Origin: Bacilli bacterium
GTDB lineage: Bacteria; Bacillota_I; Bacilli_A; RFN20; CAG-826
DNA: 64,000 nucleotides
Assembly (NCBI GenBank): GCA_017442875.1
Contig: JAFSPN010000024.1
Location: forward strand, 7,143 to 71,142
Direction: 5' to 3'
The stretch's first letter is position 1, and each line of letters opens with the position of its first letter. The translations under genes and the position numbers were made by a program. The notes under the pieces are model-generated. The model did no database searches and was not told the DNA's origin. It saw only the letters and a list, made by a program, of their open reading frames with translations. Shown here one piece after another: positions 51,725 to 61,170 of the stretch.

Positions 51725-52723
51725 TTAGTCTTGATAAATGTTGGTGTCAACAACGTTGAATCCGCCTCTATCCTCGCCTTTGTAAGTTACAAAGTATGTG
51801 ATTGCAGGATCGCAAACAATGTTCGCAGAGTTGTCGGCTTTTGAACCAAATTGTGCCCATTTTGTTTCGTTCCAAATATCAGCGGTATCTTTTCCGTTTT
51901 TATTTAATAAAACTTTCATGGCAGAGAATGAGTGATTGGCATCACTATTTAAGTCTTTGAAGCACCATTCGTATGTACCGGCACCAAGATTTGGAACCAT
52001 GCCATATTCGTCTTCGATGGTCCAACCTGTACCATCACCAACGATATATGGTCTACCAAAATCATTGTCAGGTTCAGTATAGGAAACATCTAATGCGTAT
52101 TGACCTTCATCTAAATCGACGAAATCAGCGGCAGAAATATCATTTAATGATACTGTCACGTGAACTGTTAAATACTTATTATTTGTGACAGCAGTAGCCA
52201 TATCCGCAGCAATGCTTGTTGGAGCAGGAATATGAGCACTAATTGTATTAGCGTCTTCAGCACCTAATGTTCTTGCGGATAATGAATCGGCTTTGGCCCA
52301 ATAATTTTGCTCTACTGTTTCAACGATGTGTGATTCATAACCATCAACATAAGCACTGATAGAGAGATTGCTCGCTAATGAGCCTGATTTTGTGATTGAT
52401 AATTTACCAATAATGGCATCTTGTTTAACTAAACCAGGAGAAGCTGTTGCATATCCAGCAGCAATTTTGAATGAATATGTAACGGTATTATTTGTTGGGG
52501 ATAAAGCAGCGTTTCCGCTTTCGACGGTAAAGCCTTCGTTTCCAGCAGCAACAAGTGATGATAAATACTTATAAGAACCGCCAGATGGACTGTAATTAAT
52601 ACCACCGAATCCAACGCCTTGCTCAACGCCGAAACCGCTTTGATAAAGGGCGAACGCAGCGCTCATCGAACCAATTGTACCTAGAGAGGCAATAGCAATA
52701 GCCAATAATTTACGTTTTTTCAT
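51725..52723 (-). CDS. Secreted protein with SipW-type signal peptide, beta-rich N-domain and C-terminal CBM-like module (P2)
   Basis: The signal is MKKRKLLAIAIASLGTIGSMSAAFALYQSG. Strong RBS GGAGGC. The C-terminal YIVGDGTGW...YEWCFK...FSAMKV region resembles a carbohydrate-binding module. Confidence 0.55.
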   Translation of the reverse strand: MKKRKLLAIAIASLGTIGSMSAAFALYQSGFGVEQGVGFGGINYSPSGGSYKYLSSLVAAGNEGFTVESGNAALSPTNNTVTYSFKIAAGYATASPGLVKQDAIIGKLSITKSGSLASNLSISAYVDGYESHIVETVEQNYWAKADSLSARTLGAEDANTISAHIPAPTSIAADMATAVTNNKYLTVHVTVSLNDISAADFVDLDEGQYALDVSYTEPDNDFGRPYIVGDGTGWTIEDEYGMVPNLGAGTYEWCFKDLNSDANHSFSAMKVLLNKNGKDTADIWNETKWAQFGSKADNSANIVCDPAITYFVTYKGEDRGGFNVVDTNIYQD

Positions 52724-52736
52724 AAACTATGCCTCC

Positions 52737-53303
52737 TTATGCGTTAGCCCAAGCAGAATTCAATGTTACTGTTCCGCTCAAAGTTTCATTAGCGCCGATT
52801 GGTGAACCATCATAATCAAAAGCAATTGCAAAGTAAGCGCTTGTTGCATGGCTTGCAGAATCATCGTCAACTGTGAATGTTGCGTTACCGGTTAAATGGC
52901 TGCCATCTAACTCAAATCGCTTGTTTCCTTCGACAGCGTATGTCGCAACGTTTTCAGAAGTGATCTCTGCACTTGCTTGATAAACTGTGACTGTTAAGCC
53001 AGTAAGAACGCCTGTTTTTGCATTGGCATCTTGTGCAGCCAAAGTGAATGAAATTGTGACAGTACCAGCAACGCTCTTAGAAGAATTAACTGTTGCACCA
53101 ACATAAGAATATTGGCGGACACCACCTTTAAGAGATTCAATTGATGGAATAGAGTTTTGATTCCAAGAAAACACTACTGCACTATCAACGTTGTTTTTAA
53201 TCGCGCCATTAGCAGCTGTTGTTGTTAAAGCGACTGCGCCACCGACGCTGCCCAATAAACAAAGTGCCATTACGCCGATTAAAGCATTTCTTTTTAATCC
53301 CAT
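52737..53303 (-). CDS. Small secreted beta-rich protein with SipW-type signal peptide, TasA/CalY-sized (P1)
   Basis: 188 aa. The signal is MGLKRNALIGVMALCLLGSVGGAVALTTTAANG. The mature part is rich in Thr, Ser, Ala and Val with alternating beta-strand patterns. Confidence 0.55.
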   Translation of the reverse strand: MGLKRNALIGVMALCLLGSVGGAVALTTTAANGAIKNNVDSAVVFSWNQNSIPSIESLKGGVRQYSYVGATVNSSKSVAGTVTISFTLAAQDANAKTGVLTGLTVTVYQASAEITSENVATYAVEGNKRFELDGSHLTGNATFTVDDDSASHATSAYFAIAFDYDGSPIGANETLSGTVTLNSAWANA

Positions 53304-53481
53304 AATGTTTGTTCCTTTCTAAACTATGAAATCATTAGAACATAAAGATTGTGAATTCTACTAATCAACTATGTTCTGATAGACACTAAAAAGCTTACAT
53401 ATGTAAACTGTAAGAATGTCTAGTAGCAATATAATTATATATTGTTGTCTAAAAATAGAATAATACTTTTTATTAAGGTAC

Positions 53482-53508
53482 TAAAAAAGCCACTGCTAGA
53501 GTGGCTCT
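53482..53508 (-). terminator. Rho-independent terminator separating the amylase operon from the P1-sipW operon
   Basis: Minus strand AGCCACT-ctagc-AGTGGCT hairpin followed by TTTTTTAG. Confidence 0.6.
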
Positions 53509-53526
53509 TATAGTAAGTAGTTTCTA

Positions 53527-54447
53527 CTAGCCTAGTGCAATATACACTTGGTCTTGTTGATACTTAATCTTGATATAGATTTCAGAAGCGTTGAAGTCTT
53601 GTAAGACTGTGTAGTACTTCTCATCGCCTGATCTAGCGAGATACTTTTGCCATTCGTTTGGTTGGGTTTCAGAACCACCAAATGAGTACTTATCGATTGG
53701 GACAGTCCATGTGCCTTTACTACCGAAATCATAAAGGGCGAATTCTTGACCTTTTTTGAATGCACGCTTCGAGAATTTATATTGCTGGAAGCCATCAAAT
53801 GGATCAACTTCTTGGCCCGCCATATAGGCTTCGTGAGCTCCGAAGAACTTGAAGCCGAAGCCAGTTCCTGTCGCTTCTTCTGCGGTCGCAGGTGTGAATT
53901 CACTTGGAGTGACACTACCGCCACCACCGCTGGAACCACCACCTGATCCACCACCTTGTGATGGGTTGTCTGGATCTTCGCCAAAGGAAGCATATAGAAT
54001 CGCATCCTTAATTGCTGGAACCTTGGTGTATTCGGTTAATTTACCATCGTTTTTATACATTACCCAGTTAAGGAAAATTCTTCCTTCGACTGCGGAGGTA
54101 ACTTTATCTTTGCCTGGTAAATCACTACCAACGGTCATATTTTCCATCTTCTTAACATGTTCTAAGAATAAGGAATCTTCTTTAGTAGTTACTAATTCGC
54201 CTTCGTATTTGCCATATTGGCCAAACACTAAGTAAACAGTAATTTTTTCGCCTGTAGGAGTATCATCTGGCGTTTCATGTGGCGCTGGATTTGGAGGCGT
54301 GACACTTGAAGTATCAGGTGAAACTGAACTTGATGGAGTAGGAGTCGCACTCTTACCACCTGGTTTGCCTTGTCCGTTATAAAGGACACAGCTCGATAAA
54401 CCTAGTGTGAGGAGTGGGATTAATAAGAGTAATAATTTCTTTTTCAT
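53527..54447 (-). CDS. Lipoprotein, starch-locus accessory (repeat-domain plus Gly/Ser linker plus C-terminal domain)
   Basis: MKKKLLLLLIPLLTLGLSSC contains a lipobox. A GGGSGGGSSGGGGS linker is present. ATG 54447 lies 8 nt after GGAGG. Confidence 0.6.
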   Translation of the reverse strand: MKKKLLLLLIPLLTLGLSSCVLYNGQGKPGGKSATPTPSSSVSPDTSSVTPPNPAPHETPDDTPTGEKITVYLVFGQYGKYEGELVTTKEDSLFLEHVKKMENMTVGSDLPGKDKVTSAVEGRIFLNWVMYKNDGKLTEYTKVPAIKDAILYASFGEDPDNPSQGGGSGGGSSGGGGSVTPSEFTPATAEEATGTGFGFKFFGAHEAYMAGQEVDPFDGFQQYKFSKRAFKKGQEFALYDFGSKGTWTVPIDKYSFGGSETQPNEWQKYLARSGDEKYYTVLQDFNASEIYIKIKYQQDQVYIALG

Positions 54448-54459
54448 CATCATGTCCTC

Positions 54460-57018
54460 CTATTTTTTAAATGCCGATACGGACCATTTAACCGCACCGA
54501 TATCGCCACCAGCAGCGCTTGGAGCGCCACCCATGGCCTTGATATTTGTGTAACCACTACCTGGATTCATTAAGTAGCTACTTTGATCACGGCCAGTATT
54601 GATATAAATCCATAATTCTTTACCGTCACCATAGACGTGTAAGCCTAAGACGTTACCGCTTGAACTCTTATATTCAAGTTTGGCGCCCTTTGGATATTGT
54701 TTCTTGATTTCAATCAAGTCTTTATACCACTTGTACATGGAATTGGAATCCGCTTTTTGTTGATCAACGTCTTTTAGGCCAGCATTATAAGAATCAAATT
54801 CAAATTTGTATTGACCAGATTTGTAATTGGCTCTCTTTGTGCTGTCTGCCCATTTGAATGGTTGACGGTACCAAATATCTTCGCAGTTTTCACTACCATA
54901 GGTGGCAACGTGTGTGTCTGTATTAGAAGACATACCAAGTTCATCACCATAGTAGATCCAAGAACAACCTGGATTTAATAATGTGATTGCCGCGTGGACT
55001 TTGGCTTTATAAACTTGATCGCCATCACCAGTGACTTTATTTAATGGTGTGGTATCCATAACTGTTGCGCCAGTTCCATTAGCCTGGTTAATCGCTCTCA
55101 TAACGTCGTGGTTAGAAGTGAATGCACCATCGATGAAGTCTGGTCTATTGCCACCAGGAATGTTGTAGTTTTGACCATTGTTTGTAATAGTGACATCATT
55201 CGCGCTCGCAAATGGAACGAATGTTTCACTCGCTTGACTATTATCAAAGTGTGTCGCACTGCCTGCATCAGAATATAAGTATGAGCAGATATGATAATAG
55301 GTCGCGAAGGAGAACTGAGAATCCATCGCTTGATAATATGGAGCGGTTCTTGTGCCCCAACCATCGAAGTTTTCACCGACTAAGAAGCAGTTTGGATAAT
55401 CGGCTTTAACACCATGGGCGAATTCTTTCCACCACATCATGTTCTTGGTTAAGTTAGATGAATAGTCGTATGCTTTAGTAATATATCTACCTTTTTCATC
55501 GTCATAGCTTTCTTTACTACCAACGTCAACGATAATGTAGTCGCCTGGTTGGAAACATTCATCTCTCATGAAGATGTGTTTGACTGCGTCAAGACGGAAG
55601 CCATCTAAACCAAAGCTCATCCAGTATTTAGCCATATCAATGACTAATTTCCTTGTTGATGAACTTAAGTAATTAATTTCAGGCATACCACTACCGAACT
55701 TGCCATAATAGTAGTAATTGGACTCACCATCTCTATACCATGATGGATTGTCGCTTTCAGCGTCCTCTTGGACAGTAATTGTTTCATAGGATCCTGTAGT
55801 AGGATTATATTTTTCAATACGGTCTGTCGCGTATTTCCAGTTATAAACGTCTCTCCAGTTCATACCAGTGGCTTCATCTTTTACACCCCATTGGGAGTTA
55901 ATGAACCAGACGTTGCTCTTACTGGTGTGGTTGAGAACTAAGTCCATCAAGACCTTCATGCCTTTTTGATGAGCTTTATATAATAATTCACGATAATCTT
56001 CAATTGTGCCGAAGCGTTTATCAACGGCGAAGTAGTCAGAAATATCGTACCCGTGATATGAATCAGACTTTTGAATTGGTGTGAGCCATAACGCTTGGAC
56101 GCCTAATTCGCTTAAGTAATCTAATGAATCAATAACACCACGGATATCGCCAATGCCATCACCATTGCTATCTCTAAACGAGGCAACAAACACTTGATAG
56201 CCAACACCAACATCTTTGAAACTGTCAGATGTTGAGCTGACGCCTAGGTTATTGCTATAAGCAGCGTTGAAGTCACTACGATAGTTACCGGTGGTATCTA
56301 AATCGATTGGGTTAGTAATGGCATCTGGAACTCCTTCACCAACGCGATAACGATAATCATACAACGCACCAGTACTGACGAAGATGTGGATGGCTTTACC
56401 ACCACCGGCTAAAGTACGCCAGTTTTCTGTATTGGCAATATCGTCCAAATATGTTTCTCTACCACCATCAGACACCCAGTTTGTTTCACCACTCATTGAG
56501 CTTTGTCTTGGTAACAAGAAACCAATTTCATTCATGCCTTCAAAGGAAGTTTCTTTGCCAGTCTTACCACCGACAAGATTTGCAGCTTTAAGATCGACAT
56601 CAGCAATAACACCAAATGAGTCAACATACATGTCATTACCTTCTTTGCCGACTTCTTCAGCGGTCATCCAGTGAGTGGTCATTGGTTTTAATTCGACATT
56701 CTTTTCAGCATTAACCACAGGATTCGCGGAGAAGGCATATAAAGCACCTTCTAAGTCTTCTGGGGCGTGTTGCCATAACCAAAGGCAGTAGTTTTCATAT
56801 TCGCCTTTACTACCTCTGTTATAGTGGAAATATAGGTGGTCTGGTTGGCTCCAAGAGTCTAACCATTGATCGTATGCATCAGCGTCGTCTACTGGAATAA
56901 TAGGAGCGGTGCCACCACCTCCACCTTGGGAATTACTTCCTGAATTACCACTAGGACTACCATTACAGGCACCTAATAGTAATAAGGGAATTAAAAGGAA
57001 AACGAGTTTATTTTTCAT
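54460..57018 (-). CDS. GH13 alpha-amylase/neopullulanase-type lipoprotein
   Basis: MKNKLVFLLIPLLLLGAC contains a lipobox. GH13 regions DLVLNHTS, GFRLDAVKH, a GENF region and FTSNHD are present, preceded by an N-terminal pullulanase-associated-like domain. Confidence 0.9.
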   Translation of the reverse strand: MKNKLVFLLIPLLLLGACNGSPSGNSGSNSQGGGGGTAPIIPVDDADAYDQWLDSWSQPDHLYFHYNRGSKGEYENYCLWLWQHAPEDLEGALYAFSANPVVNAEKNVELKPMTTHWMTAEEVGKEGNDMYVDSFGVIADVDLKAANLVGGKTGKETSFEGMNEIGFLLPRQSSMSGETNWVSDGGRETYLDDIANTENWRTLAGGGKAIHIFVSTGALYDYRYRVGEGVPDAITNPIDLDTTGNYRSDFNAAYSNNLGVSSTSDSFKDVGVGYQVFVASFRDSNGDGIGDIRGVIDSLDYLSELGVQALWLTPIQKSDSYHGYDISDYFAVDKRFGTIEDYRELLYKAHQKGMKVLMDLVLNHTSKSNVWFINSQWGVKDEATGMNWRDVYNWKYATDRIEKYNPTTGSYETITVQEDAESDNPSWYRDGESNYYYYGKFGSGMPEINYLSSSTRKLVIDMAKYWMSFGLDGFRLDAVKHIFMRDECFQPGDYIIVDVGSKESYDDEKGRYITKAYDYSSNLTKNMMWWKEFAHGVKADYPNCFLVGENFDGWGTRTAPYYQAMDSQFSFATYYHICSYLYSDAGSATHFDNSQASETFVPFASANDVTITNNGQNYNIPGGNRPDFIDGAFTSNHDVMRAINQANGTGATVMDTTPLNKVTGDGDQVYKAKVHAAITLLNPGCSWIYYGDELGMSSNTDTHVATYGSENCEDIWYRQPFKWADSTKRANYKSGQYKFEFDSYNAGLKDVDQQKADSNSMYKWYKDLIEIKKQYPKGAKLEYKSSSGNVLGLHVYGDGKELWIYINTGRDQSSYLMNPGSGYTNIKAMGGAPSAAGGDIGAVKWSVSAFKK

Positions 57019-57019
57019 A

Positions 57020-57439
57020 TTATTGTTCTCCTTTCTTAATCACAGCTTCTTCATCCTCTTTTTCTTTGGCTTTTTCAGCGTGCTTAAGGACTAAGCCAAA
57101 AGACACTAAAGCGCCCATTGAGAGGAGATAAGCTGGAATAGCCGTGCCTTTATAAGCTGCAGAGTTTTTTGCGGTGATAATCTTAAAGTCTTCGTTGACT
57201 TTGTTCCACCATACTGCAGCGCTATGATAGGCACTTGTGTTAGTATCTTCTAACGCTGTACTATCAGCGTCGAGGATTTTATTTAATCTGTTTTGACACA
57301 TTAACTGTGTATTTAAGGAAGCTTGATATTTAGCTTTCTCATATTGAGAAATCGTAAAGAAAGTCATCGCTAAAACAGCACATCCACCGATGATACCAAC
57401 ATAGGCTAAAAGTCTTTTTGTTTTTTTAGCTAGTTTCAT
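57020..57439 (-). CDS. Small 2-TM membrane protein, unknown function
   Basis: 139 aa, tightly packed between the ATPase and amylase genes. Confidence 0.45.
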   Translation of the reverse strand: MKLAKKTKRLLAYVGIIGGCAVLAMTFFTISQYEKAKYQASLNTQLMCQNRLNKILDADSTALEDTNTSAYHSAAVWWNKVNEDFKIITAKNSAAYKGTAIPAYLLSMGALVSFGLVLKHAEKAKEKEDEEAVIKKGEQ

Positions 57440-57447
57440 GTGACCTC

Positions 57448-58794
57448 CTATTCCTCAATATCAGATTTTGGTAATTCTTCTTGCTTTTCTTGTTTGACGA
57501 TGTCAGCGTCAAGCTCATAAGCATCCGCATTTGTGATATCGACAAGTAAATTCTTTTCACTTTCTGGATCAAAGAAGTGCATCGCTTTACCAGAGAATGA
57601 CACTTTGATTTGTGTACCATTGACCATATTCGCTCTTTCTTCATCGCTTAAGGATAAAGTAGGAATACGAACAATGAGTTTTTCACCTTGTTCAGTGGTG
57701 ACGTGTAAGTGATATTCACTGCCCATCATTTCATTGACTTGAATGGTCACTGGAACGCCATCTTTACCAGATGATAATTGAATATGTTCTGGTCTAATGC
57801 CTAAGATGATTGGACGAGACTCTATGTCTCTATCTAATAAGGCTTTACCTTTATCGCCATCCACTGGAAGTTTATAACCATAAGGATTAACGAAGTATTT
57901 GTTACCTTCTCTAATCAAATCGCAGTGCACGGTATTCATCATTGGGGCACCGACGAATTGAGCGACGAATAAGTTAGCAGGCATATCGAATAATTCAGTT
58001 GGTGTACCAACTTGCATAATGAAGCCATCTTTCATACAGACGATTCTATCGCCTAAAGTCATCGCTTCTGTTTGGTCGTGGGTAACGTAAATGAAGGTGG
58101 TATTAATTCTCTTTCTTAAGAGGATGATTTCCGCTCTCATTTGGTTACGGAGTTTCGCGTCTAAGTTAGATAATGGTTCGTCCATTAAGAACACTTTACA
58201 GTCTTTGACCATCGCTCTACCGATGGCAACACGTTGTCTTTGACCACCGGACATCGCTTTTGGTTTACGAGTTAAGAACTGCGTAATACCTAATACTTGA
58301 GCCGCATTAATGATACGTTCATAGATTTGATCATCGGTATAGCCTTTTTGTTTACGACCATTAGCGATTTCATCTTCTAACTTATCAGCTTTATCGTTTT
58401 TACCTTGTTTTCTAAGTTCTTCGACTTCTAAGCGCGCTTTTTCTTTTTCTTCATCGCTTAAAGGCATGATTCTTTCCTTCTTATCAATACGAAGTGGGAA
58501 CGCCATGTTTTCATAAACAGTTAAGTGTGGATAAAGAGCGTAGTTTTGGAAGACCATGGAAATGTGACGGTCTTTTGGTTGTAAGTCGTTAACGACTTCA
58601 CCATCGATACTGATCGTACCTTCAGAAATATCTTCTAAGCCAGCGACCATTCTTAGGGTTGTGGATTTACCACATCCAGAAGGGCCGACGAAGACGATAA
58701 ATTCTTTATCTTTAATGTGAAGGTTGAAGTCATGGACCGCGGTCACATTACCGGAATAAATTTTCTTAACATTTTTAATAATTACTTCTGCCAT
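57448..58794 (-). CDS. msmK: Sugar ABC transporter ATP-binding protein (MalK/MsmK-like) with helical-domain insertion
   Basis: GPSGCGKST, MSGGQRQRVA, FLMDEPLSNLDA and a C-terminal TOBE-like domain. There is an insertion of about 45 aa and an acidic C-terminal tail. Confidence 0.9.
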   Translation of the reverse strand: MAEVIIKNVKKIYSGNVTAVHDFNLHIKDKEFIVFVGPSGCGKSTTLRMVAGLEDISEGTISIDGEVVNDLQPKDRHISMVFQNYALYPHLTVYENMAFPLRIDKKERIMPLSDEEKEKARLEVEELRKQGKNDKADKLEDEIANGRKQKGYTDDQIYERIINAAQVLGITQFLTRKPKAMSGGQRQRVAIGRAMVKDCKVFLMDEPLSNLDAKLRNQMRAEIILLRKRINTTFIYVTHDQTEAMTLGDRIVCMKDGFIMQVGTPTELFDMPANLFVAQFVGAPMMNTVHCDLIREGNKYFVNPYGYKLPVDGDKGKALLDRDIESRPIILGIRPEHIQLSSGKDGVPVTIQVNEMMGSEYHLHVTTEQGEKLIVRIPTLSLSDEERANMVNGTQIKVSFSGKAMHFFDPESEKNLLVDITNADAYELDADIVKQEKQEELPKSDIEE

Positions 58795-58806
58795 AATAGA
58801 TTTCTC

Positions 58807-59673
58807 CTATCCTTTAACTGCACCACCAGTAACACCCTCAACATAGTATTTTTGTAAGAAGAGGAATAAGACCATTACTGGAATAGCGACAATGACACCA
58901 CCCGCACAGAAGTGAGCGAAGTGTTGACCGATGTTAGCGGCGCTCAACCAGGAATTAAGACCAGCGGCCACATTCATACCTGATTGGCTACCAAGTGAGA
59001 CTGTATAGGCGAACACGAAGTCACCCCATGGTCCCATAAATGATGTAAGAATTGTGTAAATAAGAATTGGTTTACATAGAGGCACGATGACCTTTAAGAA
59101 GATCTGCGCTCTTGTCGCGCCATCCACTAATGCGGCTTCATCGAGTGATTTCGGCATCGTATCAAGGAAGCCCTTAATAACGTAATAGCCCATACCAGAA
59201 GAAGCGACATAGACAAGAATTAAGCCTGGGACAGCATTATCACCAGTTAAGCCAATGCCTTTTAAGATTTGATAAAGAACAATCATTGTTAAGAAGCCAG
59301 GGAACATACCAAGCACTAACATGAAGTTCATCATTGGCTTACGTAAAGCAAATCTAAATCTACTTAAGACGAATGACATAGCAAACTGCATCGCGGTTTG
59401 CACAACGCACACCACCAAAGCGATGATGAATGTGTTGAAATACCACTGTAAGAAGTTGCATTCGCTGCTGAATAAGTAAATATAGTTATTAAAGCCAAAG
59501 GCCTTTGGTATGACGTTAGAAGTCACACCAGGATTTTCAACGTCGAATGATTTCAATACTAAGAAGATGAACGGCATAATCCAAATAATTGAAATCAAGC
59601 CTAATGTGATATAAGAGGCGATATTTCCAATACGTCTCTTCGTGGACAGTTTCATTGATTTTTTCTCTGCCAT
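58807..59673 (-). CDS. malG: Maltodextrin ABC permease (MalG-like)
   Basis: 6-TM CUT1 permease with the EAA loop LDEAALVDGA. ATG 59673 follows GAGGAGGG. Confidence 0.85.
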   Translation of the reverse strand: MAEKKSMKLSTKRRIGNIASYITLGLISIIWIMPFIFLVLKSFDVENPGVTSNVIPKAFGFNNYIYLFSSECNFLQWYFNTFIIALVVCVVQTAMQFAMSFVLSRFRFALRKPMMNFMLVLGMFPGFLTMIVLYQILKGIGLTGDNAVPGLILVYVASSGMGYYVIKGFLDTMPKSLDEAALVDGATRAQIFLKVIVPLCKPILIYTILTSFMGPWGDFVFAYTVSLGSQSGMNVAAGLNSWLSAANIGQHFAHFCAGGVIVAIPVMVLFLFLQKYYVEGVTGGAVKG

Positions 59674-59674
59674 A

Positions 59675-61159
59675 TTATTGGAAACCCTCCTCATTTCTTG
59701 TACTTGGAATCAAGTTATAGACCACTAAGGATAAGCCAGCGACCACGATAAACACCATGATACCGATGACCGCGGCGAGCTTATAGTTAGAATCGTTAAC
59801 CGCCAAGTTAAATAACCAAGTAATAAGTAAGTCTGTTTTACCAGCGTTACCGAAATACTCTTGGACATTTGGTCCACCACCAGTTAATAAGTAAATAACA
59901 TTGAAGTTATTCATATTACCCGTGAAACTGGTTAATAGGTATGGACCAGTAATAAATAACATATATGGTAAGGTGATCTTGGTGTATTGTTGGAAAGCAT
60001 TCGCTCCATCAATATTCGCGGATTCATATAAGTCCGCTGGAATGTTCATCAAGATACCAGTGACAACTAACATCAAATATGGAACGCCAATCCAAATGTT
60101 AACAATAATAACGGTGATTCTTGCTAACCATTGGTCGCCCCAGAAATCGATGTGGGTGCCAAATAAACCATTGATAATACCATCTGTTTTGAACATGTTT
60201 GAAACAAACAAGATGGAGATGAACTGTGGAATCGCAATGGAGAAGACTAAAACTGTTCTCCATACTTTCTTAAGTTTGATACCTTTCTTATTGATGAGCA
60301 TCGCGACACCCATACCTAAGAAGTAGTTAGTGAATGTGGCAAAGAAGGCCCAAACTAAAGTCCAAAGTAAGATTTGACCAAATGTCATGGAGAAAGATGC
60401 GCCACCACTATTGGTCCATGTAAATAATTGATTGAAGTTATCAAAACCAACCCAACCGAATAAGTTAAGCGGTGGATTATGAGCCGCGTCGTAGTTTGTG
60501 AAAGCGACGAGAATCATAAAGAAGATTGGTAAGACCGTAAAGATCAAAATACCTAATGTTGGTAAGGCTAATAAAGTCTTATGGAAGTTTTTATCAACGA
60601 GTTATCTTAAATCATCCATCCCAGTCTCAAGTTTCTTTTGATCCTTAAGGATTTGTTCATTAATTCTATTTTGTTTAATATTAAGGTTCCATGTGTATAT
60701 GAACGCGACGATGAAGAATAAGGTCAAAACGCCATATAACATGATGTTAAATGAGTTTTCACCATAAATAACTGTACCATCGTCAAGTGTTTGGGAAGCT
60801 TGTGTACCTAAGATATATAATCTTGATAAGTACTTACCACCAAAACCAACCATATAAACGATGAAGATAACTTCAAAGGCAAAGAAGAGAAGACCTCTTA
60901 AAATTTGCTTTCTTGTCACATTACCAAAGCCCATGATGAAGTAAGAAACTTTTGTCTTCCAATCACCATGCACAAATGTGAGACCTAAATCTCTAATCCA
61001 ATGCCAGATACCAATACCGAGGTTTTTAAAGAACAAACCGATTTTGATACCGAGGTTTTTTAGCTTGCCTGGGATGGAAGCGAAGAACGAAGTGAATTTG
61101 ACACCAAATCGCTTCATCTTACCCATCTTTAGCATTTCTAAATCTGTGTATTGCTTCAT
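59675..61159 (-). pseudogene. malF: Maltodextrin ABC permease (MalF/MdxF-like) interrupted by one in-frame TAA at 60602-60604
   Basis: ORFs 61159-60602 and 60547-59675 are in the same frame. The 18 codons between them are open (LVDKNFHKTLLALPTLGI). Joined, they give a typical 8-TM MalF with the EAA loop YESANIDGA. Confidence 0.7.
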
Positions 61160-61170
61160 GGTCTCACCTC

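Noticed and set aside
53532-54235. Overlapping ORFs 53532-54005 (-), 53746-53946 (+) and 53849-54235 (+) inside the lipoprotein gene
   Set aside because: They are alternative-frame or antisense readings of the Gly/Ser-linker region (PPPP/GGGG-type translations). The lipoprotein frame has a lipobox, an RBS and coherent domains.
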